Translations under genes and position numbers: made by a program
Origin: Thermodesulfobacteriota bacterium
Lineage (GTDB): Bacteria > Desulfobacterota > BSN033 > WVXP01 > G020346125
Direction: 5' to 3'
DNA: 52,656 nucleotides
NCBI GenBank assembly: GCA_041862515.1
Contig: JBGVTJ010000175.1
Coordinates: forward strand, 1-52,656
Part shown: piece by piece, positions 21,287 through 31,749 of the stretch
How positions within the stretch are numbered: the stretch's first letter is position 1
How the letters are laid out: each line of letters starts with the position of its first letter
The notes under the pieces: model-generated
Told to the model about the DNA's origin: nothing
Seen by the model: the letters and a program-made list of their open reading frames with translations, nothing else
Database searches by the model: none

Positions 21287-22024
21287 CTAAAATTTCCATT
21301 TTCCCATCTCCTCGAAAGAGGAATAGTCGGTGAGATCCAAGTGAAGAGGTGTGATTGAGATTTGATGGTTCGCTATGGCCTCGAAATCCGTGCCTTCCAT
21401 TGATTCAAAACCCCTATGGCCTCGGATCCAGTAATGTTTTTCCCCAACTGGATCCACCTCCTCCACCACTGCATCCCCATATATCCTTCGTCCCTGTTTG
21501 GTGATCTTGTAAGATTTCACCCCGTCTGCATTGAGGTTGGGGACGTTGATGTTGAGGAACGTGTCCTTTGGAAGGCCGTTCTTCAAAATGAATCGGGCGA
21601 CTCTCAGGGCAAAGGAAGCTGCCGTCTCAAACTTGAAATCATCTTTTGAGACCAATGAGATGGCAAAGGATGGGATTCCATAGAATGCCCCCTCAAAGGC
21701 GGCGGAAACCGTACCCGAGTAGGTGATGTCTTCCCCCAGATTTCCCCCCTTGTTGATACCGGAAACGATCAGGTCCGGCTTTTCCGATAAAAGGCAACAA
21801 ACCGCCAAATTGACGCAATCGGCCGGAGTTCCGTCCACCGCAAGATAATCCTCCCGAACCTGGTCTACCCTCAAGGGACGATGGAGGGAGAGGGAATGGG
21901 CCATGGCACTGCACTCCTTATTGGGCGCTACAACATATACCCTTCCGAGGGCCTTCAGCGTCTCGGCCAAAACTTGAATCCCCTGGGAATCGATTCCGTC
22001 GTCGTTGGTTACCAAGATACTCAA
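21287..22024 (-). CDS. surE: 5'/3'-nucleotidase SurE
   Basis: LVTNDDG, GTPADCV, SGINKGGN, YSGTV. Confidence 0.95.
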   Translation of the reverse strand: MSILVTNDDGIDSQGIQVLAETLKALGRVYVVAPNKECSAMAHSLSLHRPLRVDQVREDYLAVDGTPADCVNLAVCCLLSEKPDLIVSGINKGGNLGEDITYSGTVSAAFEGAFYGIPSFAISLVSKDDFKFETAASFALRVARFILKNGLPKDTFLNINVPNLNADGVKSYKITKQGRRIYGDAVVEEVDPVGEKHYWIRGHRGFESMEGTDFEAIANHQISITPLHLDLTDYSSFEEMGKWKF

Positions 22025-22139
22025 TGGGATCCTTCCCTCCCTTTATCGTGAAAATTCACTATAGCGCAAATCATCCACTTATTCAAGCTTAATTCCCTTG
22101 GAGCGTCCCTGATTTTCCAAAGTAAACAATCCCCCTGAG

Positions 22140-22395
22140 GGAAAGTTGCTGGAGAAGCGGGGTACCCATCGAGGGTGAGCAGAGCTTGTCCTGAGCGGAG
22201 TCGAAGGGCTTCGTTGTGAGTCTTCGATCCTGAGCTCCGTTCGGCCCGAGCGTTCGGCCGAGCCTTTCGGCAGTGAGCTCAAGGCCGAACTGCTCATGGC
22301 AAGGGCTCATGGCCGAGGGCAGACCGAGGGGGTCAGCCGAACGAAAGGGAATTTGGGCAACAGACCCGAGGGCACTGAAGCGAAGCAACGGGTGA
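22140..22395. repeat. composite palindromic REP-like element, copy B
   Basis: Contains GCTTGTCCTGAGCGGAGTCGAAGG, nested TTCGGCC/GGCCGA hairpins and 29 nt identical to 7414-7442; middle part shared with 24094-24172. Confidence 0.7.
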
Positions 22396-22559
22396 ATCTC
22401 CTACTGAAACACCCAATTGCCAATAAAATTAAGGACTTACAAAGATATTTCACGCAAAAGTGGGGAAACTCCGGTAATTCCCGGGGGGGAGCCTTCCTCC
22501 GTCACCGTGATCCAAACGGAGAGAAGTGCGTATTCCAAACCAAGCTTCCCGTACCCTTT

Positions 22560-22844
22560 TCAATCCTCCTCCAAGATTTTGGCCAATGCATCTCCCCCTG
22601 GTTCTGGGGCGTCTTGGGGGAGATAGAGCATAACCCCGCCTTTGACTGGCCTTGTAACAATCTTTCCCTCTCTAGCCAATCTCTGGGTCATTTCGACGGG
22701 GTTTGTCCCGAAATACTCTTTATAGGCTTGGTTGAATCCACTATACACGCTGTGAATACCCCTATACGGTGGCTTCCGCAATTTCTCAATCGCCCGAACC
22801 ACAAATTCCTCTTCCGACATTTTTGGTCTTCCTTCCTTTGCCAT
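22560..22844 (-). CDS. conserved hypothetical protein (small, possibly winged-helix)
   Basis: SD GGAGGGAG before ATG 22844; GIHSVYSGFN...GGVMLYL; the open frame continues upstream to ATG 23042. Confidence 0.65.
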   Translation of the reverse strand: MAKEGRPKMSEEEFVVRAIEKLRKPPYRGIHSVYSGFNQAYKEYFGTNPVEMTQRLAREGKIVTRPVKGGVMLYLPQDAPEPGGDALAKILEED

Positions 22845-23588
22845 GTCAACTCCCTCCGAATAAGCTTCTGTTTTCTCCTTTCCCCCCGCATCTATCTTTC
22901 TCCAACCCGACTGCTTGCCGATCTTAAAAGGCATCTGCCTCTCGTCTTCCTTCTTGACCACCGTCAGAAGGGACGGATCGCTCCAATCTAAAACCCTCAG
23001 CACGCCCAAATCCGGGTGATATATCTCGTCACCAACTTTCATATGCCAATCGCCATACAATGAGAGGAAATGAAGGGATTGCCAATATACCCCTTTAATC
23101 TTATCACATTTCTTCCCGCCCGCCCAGGACCCGGGCCGCATCTCTTTATCGGAGCCGTGTACGGGAAGAACGGTCGATTCATTGCTGTCAGAATCTCTCA
23201 GGAACCGCCCCGGAAAGATACGGATTAACGCAAGGCGAACTAGTCATTCTCCGGCAATCTCGACAAGAAGGGGGAAGCGCAGGAGCAGGGTTCTGGATGC
23301 CCCTTCCTGCCCAAGTTCCACTCCCGGGAGAAGCTTCGGCGTGAAATAGCGGCTCACCGAAGGGACTAAAAGGAAAGGCCCAAAGGGGCGGCAAGATGAA
23401 AGTTCCTTCCCTTATGGGCCTTGTTGGGATAAGAATTACGTGTAAGCGAAAGGGAGAAAAACCTGGAATAAAGACGATAAGGATGGGAAACATCACCGAT
23501 ACACAGAACTCTCTGGTTATTTCACTCGCCTGGGATGTCTCTCCCCCATCATTAATACCTTTTCGCAGGGCTTACGGGACAGCGCCGT

Positions 23589-23924
23589 TTAGGCCTCCTT
23601 TTTCTTGGGAGACCTCTTTCTGGGAGTCCTCGCAGCCCTTGGCTTCGCCGGCTTCTCCTCCTCGGCTGTGCCAGCGGCAGTCTCCGAAAACTCAGCCGTG
23701 GTCTCTGCCTTTGTCGTATCAAAGGAGGGTTCAAACGTCTCGCGTTCGCCCGTCATCTTCTCCTTTATTTCGTCGTATCCGCTGTAAGCCGCAAAGCCTC
23801 CTCCAACCAGGAGAATAATGGGAATCATGCCCTTGATCATGGTGAGGAAATCATCCCAGCACCCGAAGATCAACATGAGGATACCCAAAAATACTGCTGC
23901 AATGCCACCAAAAAATATTTTCAT
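23589..23924 (-). CDS. small two-TM membrane protein, MamI-like N-terminus with charged/basic tail
   Basis: G..A...G...W......IKG.IP..L..GG..A...G pattern; strong SD. Confidence 0.6.
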   Translation of the reverse strand: MKIFFGGIAAVFLGILMLIFGCWDDFLTMIKGMIPIILLVGGGFAAYSGYDEIKEKMTGERETFEPSFDTTKAETTAEFSETAAGTAEEEKPAKPRAARTPRKRSPKKKEA

Positions 23925-24084
23925 ATCTCCCACCTCCTTAAATTATTGTCTATTTTTGTACGATCATCAGGTCAAAACTATATTCATATTATTTATAATA
24001 GAAAAAATGATCATGTCAATGAGTAACTGGAGTTTTCTGATGTTCTGGGGGATTCCTCTGCCCCCCAAGCATCATTTGCCGGAC

Positions 24085-24175
24085 GAGGGTGACGTGAGTC
24101 TCCGAGCCTGAGCTCCATTCGGCCCGTGCTCGTGGCCAGGAGCAAACCGAAGGGCTCAGCCGAACGGAAGGGGAA
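24085..24175. repeat. shorter copy of the REP-like module found at 22215-22350
   Basis: GTGAGTCT.CGA.CCTGAGCTCC.TTCGGCCCG ... TCAGCCGAACG.AAGGG shared. Confidence 0.7.
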
Positions 24176-24192
24176 GACCAGCCCTTAGGTTA

Positions 24193-24332
24193 TTCCCTCG
24201 ACCTCCTACCTCTTAGCCTTAACCTCAACCTCAGCCTCTCACCTCCTACTCGTGACCTGCTGCGGCAGCCAACCATCGAAACCACCCAAACGATCTAAAC
24301 CAGACAAACCCCGGGGACTCAGGAAGTTCCAG
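24193..24332. repeat. 7-mer/9-mer tandem-array element, short copy
   Basis: C/T-rich short repeats, linker GACCTGCTGCGGCAGCC, seven 9-mers; homologous to 49757-50006. Confidence 0.8.
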
Positions 24333-24351
24333 ATTGAGTAAGGCAGGAAAA

Positions 24352-24966
24352 TTATTTCCACCCCGTAAAAAACCACCGCTTTGGATTCCAGAAGTGGATC
24401 ATTCGCTGGGTAAATTGAACTCTGCCAACATTGCTGGCAAGTTCTCGGAGTGCCTGCCTGTTCTTATCTATTTTCCTATCTTGAGCCCTCTCCAACCCAC
24501 CATCGGCAATAAAGGTCCGAATTCGCTCTAATTCACCTCCATCAAGCCAAACCCCATGGAGCCTACATTCGTCAATAATGACACCAGATATCCTTGCGAA
24601 GTTCTTTCGGTTCATTAAGGTCCCACACCGGACACAAGGGATGTATTGGATCGAATCCCTTATGGGCCCTCGAACATATCCCTTTGGTGCCGCTTGATTT
24701 TGGTAAACATCGCTTTCCCGGGTCAAGTCTTTGAATTCACCCCGGTCCAGCCATACCCCCCCACAGTGGGAACACATGTCCAAATCGCGGTTTCGATATG
24801 CATAGTGGGTAAGGGAAACGTGGCACCGGGGGCACACCGGACTTCGTCTTTTTTCCACAGGAGATGGCCGTCTTCCCCCACAATGGGGGCATATGGTACT
24901 CTTGAAATTAACCTTATTCCCACAGTGGGGGCATGTAACGAGCTTCGACTCCACACCACCCTCCAT
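24352..24966 (-). CDS. zinc-ribbon protein with two zf-TFIIB-like domains
   Basis: CPHC...CPHC, CPRC...CSHCGGVWLD.GE, CVRC...CRLHGVWLD.GEL. Confidence 0.8.
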   Translation of the reverse strand: MEGGVESKLVTCPHCGNKVNFKSTICPHCGGRRPSPVEKRRSPVCPRCHVSLTHYAYRNRDLDMCSHCGGVWLDRGEFKDLTRESDVYQNQAAPKGYVRGPIRDSIQYIPCVRCGTLMNRKNFARISGVIIDECRLHGVWLDGGELERIRTFIADGGLERAQDRKIDKNRQALRELASNVGRVQFTQRMIHFWNPKRWFFTGWK

Positions 24967-25148
24967 TGTTATCTTCGACCCCGAGCGCTTCATTCTTCCC
25001 GCAGCATTTATAATGCCGTGCCACCGTAAGATAGGCTTACCGGACATCGCGCTAAAGGGCAAAATCATACCCGGTGGATCATACATCGAAGAGCACTCAA
25101 CCCCTTACGATTTTCGAAACCTCTGGGAGCAAAATACTTCAGCTCCTT

Positions 25149-25583
25149 TCAGCGAGAGTAATATCGAGAATATCGTGCAGGTTGGGACCTTCCGTATTGG
25201 AAGGCCGCGAAAAACAGAAAGGCCAATACAATGATGGAAACGGTCCATCGGGTATCCCACGAAAAACTCACCGATTCATCATTTCGGAAAAAAACGAAGG
25301 AAAATTTGTAATGCTCCAGCCTGTCCCCCTTTTTGAATTTCTCATAAATGGAATAGGTCACCGGAATCCGATTATAGCGAGTTACTCTTCTCTCAGGGTC
25401 AGTTTCCGTGGGCTCCTGATATTTTATGAGGAGACGCCTTCCCGTGGGCAGGCCCCATATACGAAAGGTCTTCCCCCCCGCCACCACCCCTTCTGCTTCA
25501 GCGAAAAAACCGGCCTCTCCGAGGGTTACGAGAAGGAATAAAACCGCCACTACCCAGTAGAGGATTCGAAATCCTGCCTTCAT
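25149..25583 (-). CDS. hypothetical membrane protein
   Basis: SD GGGGGG, N- and C-terminal hydrophobic segments. Confidence 0.6.
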   Translation of the reverse strand: MKAGFRILYWVVAVLFLLVTLGEAGFFAEAEGVVAGGKTFRIWGLPTGRRLLIKYQEPTETDPERRVTRYNRIPVTYSIYEKFKKGDRLEHYKFSFVFFRNDESVSFSWDTRWTVSIIVLAFLFFAAFQYGRSQPARYSRYYSR

Positions 25584-25864
25584 ATGTTAGCCCCCCTACT
25601 TGCTACCCAACCTCTCGCGCGCATATTAACAGTATCCTCATCCACGTACGATTTTGCCGGCTCATCTGCTCCTATCATCTTTCGCGGATGATATTTTACT
25701 CCTTTTTTTCAAAAACCACCAGACTCTTGTCGACCCAACTGAAACCTCTTCCCAAGATTCATCCGCCACGTCATGAAACTCTATTACGGTATTCAGCGAA
25801 ACCCCTCGGCAAGAATGTCCCATGGGCACGGAAGGAAATAGTGGAATACCTATCTTTGTATTTT

Positions 25865-25880
25865 AGCATGTTACATGCCA
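25865..25880 (-). promoter_or_regulatory. putative sigma54 promoter
   Basis: TGGCATGTAACATGCT (GG-N10-GC); about 280 nt from the next gene, so weaker support. Confidence 0.4.
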
Positions 25881-26052
25881 TATGGGAAACAATGAAAGGC
25901 GTAGTCGGATTTCTCCACGTTAGGAGAAGTCAACAAGGGGGCTTTCAACCGTTTTCGCATTTGAGCCGATATAGGCACCCGAGCAAGCCATCATAGCCGC
26001 ATACCAACTGTTTCTCATCCAAAAGAATCATAACCGAGCTATGAATCGGAAT

Positions 26053-26091
26053 AAAAAAAAGCACTGGATGACCCCCATCATCCAGTGCTTT
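26053..26091 (-). terminator. intrinsic terminator after the 26139 PilZ gene
   Basis: AAAGCACTGGATGA/TCATCCAGTGCTTT stem with T8 on the minus strand. Confidence 0.8.
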
Positions 26092-26138
26092 ATAAAGAGG
26101 AGGTCAGGGTTCGGTTGCCAGGGCTTTTCGCAAATCCC

Positions 26139-26564
26139 TTAACTCGTGGGAAATGGATTCTTAAGATGGAATGCTCGAGCCAGCTGGCCCAAAAGGACCT
26201 TAAGATCCGTAAAGACGCTGTCCCTCATTCCTATCAACCTTAAACCATACTGATATCTTCCCCGAAAAGCATGGTGCTCAATAATCCTCCAGACAATAAC
26301 GGCATTTGCGCCGATAATCTTGAGCTGAAAACCTTGGTTGAAGACTAAATTGACCTTCAAAGAGGCCCCAACCTTAATCAGGTCGTGGAGACAGATCAAC
26401 ATACCGCCCTGGCTAATATTGGCGGCGATACCCACATGGATGGCGCTCTCGGTGGTGATACAGTCGATGGGCAACTCACATTCAAACCTGGGGTATTTTC
26501 GGCGCTCTGGGAAACCCATTCTCGGGTGAGGTGCTTCCGACCAGGCAAAATTGCCCCTTTCCAT
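26139..26564 (-). CDS. PilZ domain protein (1 of 8)
   Basis: RRKYPR and NISQGG motifs, VIVW...YQYGL. Confidence 0.85.
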   Translation of the reverse strand: MERGNFAWSEAPHPRMGFPERRKYPRFECELPIDCITTESAIHVGIAANISQGGMLICLHDLIKVGASLKVNLVFNQGFQLKIIGANAVIVWRIIEHHAFRGRYQYGLRLIGMRDSVFTDLKVLLGQLARAFHLKNPFPTS

Positions 26565-26658
26565 AATGGTTCCCCTTAGTGTTAATTGAATTTGATTGAT
26601 GTTGATACGATTCGTGCCTCGATTTATCACATTTTACCTGAAGATGTTTGGATTTTAC

Positions 26659-26674
26659 TGCATTTTTCATGCCA
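26659..26674 (-). promoter_or_regulatory. putative sigma54 promoter
   Basis: TGGCATGAAAAATGCA. Confidence 0.65.
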
Positions 26675-27090
26675 ATCTGGACAATTGGCAAAATTACCAA
26701 TGATCCCCGTAAGTTGCATCATTTCTCAATATTTTCCAAGAGCAACATTTTTTGTCATATTTATGAATTTTTTGCATAATTACCCCGATTTGACGCCGAT
26801 TTACGGGAATCCATGCGATTTTACCGCGGGTCATTAATGAAGAATATGGGGGAAAAGGGGTTTTAGCGGTGAGAAGTTGATGGTTTTATCTCAGTCAGGG
26901 AGATAGTTGAGGCATTGGCGGGGCTCAATGGCGCCATGGAGTTTGGCCGATTTCGATGGGCCCGACAAACTCACTTTCAATAGGTCGATGTCTATCGGCT
27001 CGATGCGGTGAATCCCTTGGGCCTTACCCCTTTCTCGTCCCGAGCCGGCTTTCCATGGCTCGGGTCCTCCACAGAGGTAAATCCTCCCAA

Positions 27091-27627
27091 TTAGGATGGG
27101 GGAAATTGACCGAGCATTTGGCCGCCCAGTCTCCTCAGTTTATGGACATCCTCTTCGAGGATTTCGGTAAATTGAAGCCCATACGTATAACGGGATCCTC
27201 CAGCCACCGCTCCAAAGTCCCTCCAGACAACCCTACAGGTGGCCTTGATCCCCATGACCTCTGAATCCAAGATGAAGGGAACGAAAACAATCATTTTGGT
27301 TCCAATATCCATCTTCTCGTTCAAGAGGACCATCAATCCCCCTTCGCTGGCGTTGGCCACGCTTCCCACATCGGCCTTCCCATTCTCCGTGAGGGTACAA
27401 TCAATGGGAAAGTCGACGGGAAACCTGGGATGTTTTCGCCTCTCCAGTATGAACCTTTCTCCCCTGAGAAACCTGTCCAGTTCTGATTTCAGGACCTTCC
27501 AGCCCTTGCCGACCTTTTTCGCTCGGATCTTTCCCTCATAGACATACTTTAGGTAGGTTGGCCTGGAGATTCTCAGGTATTGGCAGGCTTCGCGGGTTGT
27601 AAGTACCGTATGGGATTCTGATTCCAT
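27091..27627 (-). CDS. excisionase/BldC-like HTH fused to PilZ (PilZ 2 of 8)
   Basis: LTTREACQYLRISRPT...GKGWKV HTH_17, then RRKHPR/NASEGG; start moved to 27627 because ATG 27684 lies inside the sigma54 motif. Confidence 0.85.
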   Translation of the reverse strand: MESESHTVLTTREACQYLRISRPTYLKYVYEGKIRAKKVGKGWKVLKSELDRFLRGERFILERRKHPRFPVDFPIDCTLTENGKADVGSVANASEGGLMVLLNEKMDIGTKMIVFVPFILDSEVMGIKATCRVVWRDFGAVAGGSRYTYGLQFTEILEEDVHKLRRLGGQMLGQFPPS

Positions 27628-27672
27628 GATTTTTTCATGCTCTTCTCCCGCCCGCTGCAGTATAGGATTGAC

Positions 27673-27688
27673 AGCATTTTTCATGCCA
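27673..27688 (-). promoter_or_regulatory. putative sigma54 promoter with adjacent IHF-like site (27715-27727)
   Basis: TGGCATGAAAAATGCT; upstream TGTCAAGTGGTTA is one mismatch from WATCAANNNNTTR. Confidence 0.65.
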
Positions 27689-27828
27689 GGCTACAGGCAA
27701 AGGGTAATAATTGATAACCACTTGACATTAAGGGACAGCTTTCCTTATCCCTTCTGATTATAAAGAGGGGATGTTGAAATTTTTTCCTATTTTCGGGGGA
27801 AAAAGTATGAAATTATTTCAGATCCTCA

Positions 27829-27847
27829 AAGTCCCCCAAGGGGACTT
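27829..27847 (-). terminator. hairpin just after the island dxs stop
   Basis: AAGTCCCC-CAA-GGGGACTT; short T-tail. Confidence 0.45.
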
Positions 27848-27854
27848 CGGGTTG

Positions 27855-29831
27855 CTACTGAAGCAACTCCTCCATTGAGAGGGTAATCCTGTTCTCCCTC
27901 GATCGCATCACCCTTGATCCGGGTTCTTGCAGATCGACCTCACCCATGAAAAAGCCTCTAACTCTTGTCAGGATTCCCCTGCAATCGAGGCCGCATTTTT
28001 CCCTGAGAACTCTTTGAGAACCATGCTCCAAGAATTGATCCGGTATTCCGAGTCGAAGCACCTCCACATCGGAAAGGGCGCTCTCGTGGAGGAGCTCAAT
28101 CACAGCACTTCCAAACCCTCCTGCCAAAACATGCTCCTCGATGGTAACGACCTTACCGATCTTTTGGGCCAGACCGCACAAGAGCGGACTATCCAGAGGC
28201 TTGATGAAACGGGGATTGACCACCGTAACTTGGATGCCCTCTTCGCGAAGCTGTCTTGCAGCCTCACAGGCCCGATAGACCATCGAACCCACCGGAAGCA
28301 TGAGGAGATCATTCCCCTCAGCTAGAACCTCCCCCTTTCCCATCTCCAATACCATCAATGTTGGGTCCATAGCTACCCCTTCTCCCGCTCCTCTGGGATA
28401 ACGAATAGCAACGGGCTGGGAAAAGAGGGTTGCCGTATTGAGCATGTGTTGAAACTCGTTTTCATCCTTAGGAGCCATGAGAACGAGATTGGGGATGTGG
28501 CGTAAATAGGCAATATCGAAAAGGCCGTGATGGGTGGGGCCGTCTTCTCCGACGATCCCGCTTCGATCCAATGCAAAGACTACCGGGAGCTTCGGTAGAC
28601 AAACATCGTGGACAACCTGGTCATAAGCCCTTTGCAAAAAAGTTGAATAGATAGCGACAACCGGCTTGAACCCCTCCGAGGCCAATCCTGCTGCAAAGGT
28701 GACGGCGTGCTGCTCTGCGATTCCCACATCGTATATGCGATCCGGGAATTCTTCCCCATAGACATTGAGGCCAGTGCCATTTTGCATGGCCGCGGTAACG
28801 GCGATAATCTTTGCATCGGTTCGCGAAAGCTTCACCATGGTCTCTCCGAAGACGCTGCTGTAGCTTATACGAGTGGTTTCCTCGCTAATTCGCCTCCCCG
28901 TCTCAATGGCAAAGGGGGCCACTCCGTGGAAGGAGGATGGGTCGAGTTCTGCGGGTTCATAGCCCTTTCCCTTCTTGGTGATCACATGGATCAATATGGG
29001 ACGATGCCACTCCTTTACGTTTCTAAAGGTCTCAATAAGGTGGTCAATATGATGCCCGTCGATAGGACCCACATATTTAAATCCGAGTTCTTCGAATAAT
29101 ATCCCGGGTGTCAAGAATCCCTTAAATGACTCCTCCGCCTGTTTAATAATTCTGACCATGGAGTTACCGATCCCGGGGATGGTCTGAAGGAGGGACTTCA
29201 GTTGCCGTCGAAATCGGTTAACCAATTGGCCAGTCATGATTCGATTCAAATAAGCGGAGAGCGCTCCCACATTGGTAGAGATGGACATCTCATTGTCGTT
29301 GAGTACCACGATGAGGTCCTTTCCCAGATGGCCTGCCTGATTTAACCCTTCGAAGGCCAAACCTCCCGTCATGGAGCCGTCTCCGATGATGGCAATAACC
29401 GTCTTTTTATCCTCTTTGAGGAATTTGGCTACGGCCATTCCCAAAGCGGACGAAATGGAGGTGCTGCTGTGGCCAGTATTGAATGCGTCGTGGGGGCTCT
29501 CCTCCCTTTTAGGGAAACCGCTCAACCCGTTATACTGCCTCAACGAATGAAAGGACCTGCTCCTCCCCGTTAAGAGCTTGTGGGTATAGCACTGGTGTCC
29601 TACATCCCAAATTATCTTATCCCGAGGGGAATCAAAGACGTAGTGAAGGGCAATAGTCAGTTCCACAACCCCCAAGTTCGAGCTCAGATGCCCTCCAGTG
29701 ATGGAAACAGTATGAATGATTTCCTGCCTTATCTCCTCGGCTAGGTGGTATAGTTCTCCTCTGCTCAATTCGCGCAAGTCTTGTGGACAATGGATCTTCT
29801 TCAGAAGGTTCCGTTTTCGGTCCCGGCCCAT
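27855..29831 (-). CDS. dxs: 1-deoxy-D-xylulose-5-phosphate synthase, second copy inside the PilZ island
   Basis: [44 protein letters not shown] all intact. Confidence 0.95.
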   Translation of the reverse strand: MGRDRKRNLLKKIHCPQDLRELSRGELYHLAEEIRQEIIHTVSITGGHLSSNLGVVELTIALHYVFDSPRDKIIWDVGHQCYTHKLLTGRSRSFHSLRQYNGLSGFPKREESPHDAFNTGHSSTSISSALGMAVAKFLKEDKKTVIAIIGDGSMTGGLAFEGLNQAGHLGKDLIVVLNDNEMSISTNVGALSAYLNRIMTGQLVNRFRRQLKSLLQTIPGIGNSMVRIIKQAEESFKGFLTPGILFEELGFKYVGPIDGHHIDHLIETFRNVKEWHRPILIHVITKKGKGYEPAELDPSSFHGVAPFAIETGRRISEETTRISYSSVFGETMVKLSRTDAKIIAVTAAMQNGTGLNVYGEEFPDRIYDVGIAEQHAVTFAAGLASEGFKPVVAIYSTFLQRAYDQVVHDVCLPKLPVVFALDRSGIVGEDGPTHHGLFDIAYLRHIPNLVLMAPKDENEFQHMLNTATLFSQPVAIRYPRGAGEGVAMDPTLMVLEMGKGEVLAEGNDLLMLPVGSMVYRACEAARQLREEGIQVTVVNPRFIKPLDSPLLCGLAQKIGKVVTIEEHVLAGGFGSAVIELLHESALSDVEVLRLGIPDQFLEHGSQRVLREKCGLDCRGILTRVRGFFMGEVDLQEPGSRVMRSRENRITLSMEELLQ

Positions 29832-29850
29832 CTCCCGTGCCCTCCTCTAC

Positions 29851-30222
29851 TCAGACCATCTGGTCCTCTGTGTACTTTCTCAGTCGCTTCAATTTCGATA
29901 TGTCATATTCATCGATCTCGAGAAATTTGAGGCCGTATTGATAACCTGGGAAATCTGATAGTAATCCTACGTCTTTCCAGATGATCTGACATCGTGCTTT
30001 GATCTCCGTCAGTTGATAGCCAAGGTTGAATAACATGGAAAGAACCAGCTTGGTCCCGGTGTTCATGCTCTCCTCGAGACAGACCATCAGCCCCCCTTCA
30101 CTGGCATTGACGGCCTTCCCTACAAAGGTTCTGACTCCATCCGCGAGACGGTAGTCGACGGGAAAATCAACGGGGAACCTGGGATGTCTCCTTCGCTCAT
30201 AGAGTGGTAAATGGCCTTCCAT
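29851..30222 (-). CDS. PilZ domain protein (3 of 8)
   Basis: RRRHPR, NASEGG, IIW...YQYGLKF; SD GGAGG. Confidence 0.88.
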   Translation of the reverse strand: MEGHLPLYERRRHPRFPVDFPVDYRLADGVRTFVGKAVNASEGGLMVCLEESMNTGTKLVLSMLFNLGYQLTEIKARCQIIWKDVGLLSDFPGYQYGLKFLEIDEYDISKLKRLRKYTEDQMV

Positions 30223-30362
30223 ACACCCTCCAACACAAGATGGATTTCGGTCCCACTTCCTTCCGCCGAGAAACCAGGTAACAACCAGGATTATTTGTTG
30301 TATAGGGATAAGGATCCGGTGATGGCTCTGGATGATCTCCTTGCCCCAATGGTAATATTTTT

Positions 30363-30378
30363 TGCATTTTCTGTGCCA
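30363..30378 (-). promoter_or_regulatory. putative sigma54 promoter of the pilZ-dxs unit
   Basis: TGGCACAGAAAATGCA. Confidence 0.65.
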
Positions 30379-30637
30379 AACCTCGACAAAGGTAGCCCGT
30401 CGACCTCGATTCCCCGGCTAAAAAGACCTCCTGGGATGAGATGGGCTTCTCTTGTGTTTTCGTCGATTAATGAGGGCAGGAAGCACAATGGTATGTGGGA
30501 AATATCCTTAACAAGTGGAGGCAAAGATAAGCCCCCTCGGGGATAAACAAAAGGTCCGGGGATTAACCGTTTTGGGGTTGGAATAAGCCCAGGAGGAAAC
30601 AAGGGAAAAGGTAGAATTCAATTCTCCGGGGATGGAT

Positions 30638-31018
30638 TTAGGACTGGATCGCTACATCTGCTCGGAGCCGTTCCAATTTATGCAGGTCTTCATCGGCAAT
30701 CTGTAAAAACTTCAACCCATACTTGTATCGACCCCAGCCCTCTTCCAATCGGGCAGCCTTCCATATCACTTGGGATAATGCTTTAACTCCAGTAAGCTCA
30801 AACCCCAGGGAGAAAAGGAGGGCAACATAGAGCTTTGTCCCGATTTTCATTCGTTCTTGCAGATAGACCATCAACCCCCCCTCGCTGGCATCGCCCACCA
30901 GGCCAGCCTTGAGCCGCATCTTCTCTAGCCGGGCATAATCCACGAGCAGGTCTACCTTAAACCGTTGAGACCTTCTTCTCTCCACGCCCGAAACACCGAT
31001 CCTTTCTTCCATCTTCAC
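30638..31018 (-). CDS. PilZ domain protein (4 of 8)
   Basis: RRRSQR, DASEGG, VIW...YKYGLKF. Confidence 0.88.
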   Translation of the reverse strand: MKMEERIGVSGVERRRSQRFKVDLLVDYARLEKMRLKAGLVGDASEGGLMVYLQERMKIGTKLYVALLFSLGFELTGVKALSQVIWKAARLEEGWGRYKYGLKFLQIADEDLHKLERLRADVAIQS

Positions 31019-31039
31019 CCTCCTTCGGTAATCTTGAAT

Positions 31040-31492
31040 TCACCGATACCGGATGGCAAGGCCCCTTAAGAGAACTTTTTCCTCCTTTGCTTCGGGACTG
31101 GAAATGTCCAATGGTTGATGTCTGGCTTTCCTCCTGATGGGTTCGGCAATAGCCTGCGGGATCGCGATTTCAACTACTTCCCTTTCAAGGCCAATGACGG
31201 CATCTGCTCCAATTCCTCGGGCTGCCTCCTTCATCCGATTCAGCATCTCCTCATCTTCCAATTCGGGAGAGAGAGTTGCCGCTAGTTCTCCGATAATAAT
31301 ATATGGCCTCTCCACGTCACTGGTAAAAACCTCCGCCTTCGCTGTTTCGGGAAATGCTTCCTTTGTATATCTAACAAAGGAGACGCCTTCATATGGGCTT
31401 TCAGCGGCACAACCAACAAAGATGATGACCAGGCATACGATCAGAGAGGACTTGATTTCCTTACAGAACGGAAAAGAAAACAAAAAGGACAC
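31040..31492 (-). CDS. putative lipoprotein with YbjQ-like domain
   Basis: Lipobox-like IFVGC; RPYIIIGEL, EAARGIGADAVI, GLAIRY; start uncertain. Confidence 0.65.
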   Translation of the reverse strand: MSFLFSFPFCKEIKSSLIVCLVIIFVGCAAESPYEGVSFVRYTKEAFPETAKAEVFTSDVERPYIIIGELAATLSPELEDEEMLNRMKEAARGIGADAVIGLEREVVEIAIPQAIAEPIRRKARHQPLDISSPEAKEEKVLLRGLAIRYR

Positions 31493-31564
31493 TGTGATTT
31501 TAACCTACCAAATCTCTTTAGAAAGGGGTTTCTGCTTAAGTTTCCTCTTGCAAAATGGACAAGG

Positions 31565-31690
31565 TCATCCCTCTTGAATCAATATTTCCCTCATGATATT
31601 CAATAAATCCTCATCCTCAAGCACCTGCAGGACTATATTCGGATGGGGCTTTCGATCATATACCCTATAAGGGAAGCTGCTCTTACTCAT
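31565..31690 (-). CDS. small hypothetical protein (41 aa, below the ORF cutoff)
   Basis: SD GAAGGAG then MSKSSFPYRVYDRKPHPNIVLQVLEDEDLLNIMREILIQEG*. Confidence 0.5.
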   Translation of the reverse strand: MSKSSFPYRVYDRKPHPNIVLQVLEDEDLLNIMREILIQEG

Positions 31691-31749
31691 GAACTCCTTC
31701 TTCTCATTTATAAATTGAGCCTCCACTCTACAAGAAATGGATCAATTAG

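Noticed and set aside
22079-22388. ORFs containing PFDSAQDK / PSTPLRTS
   Set aside because: Translations of the palindromic repeat, not genes.
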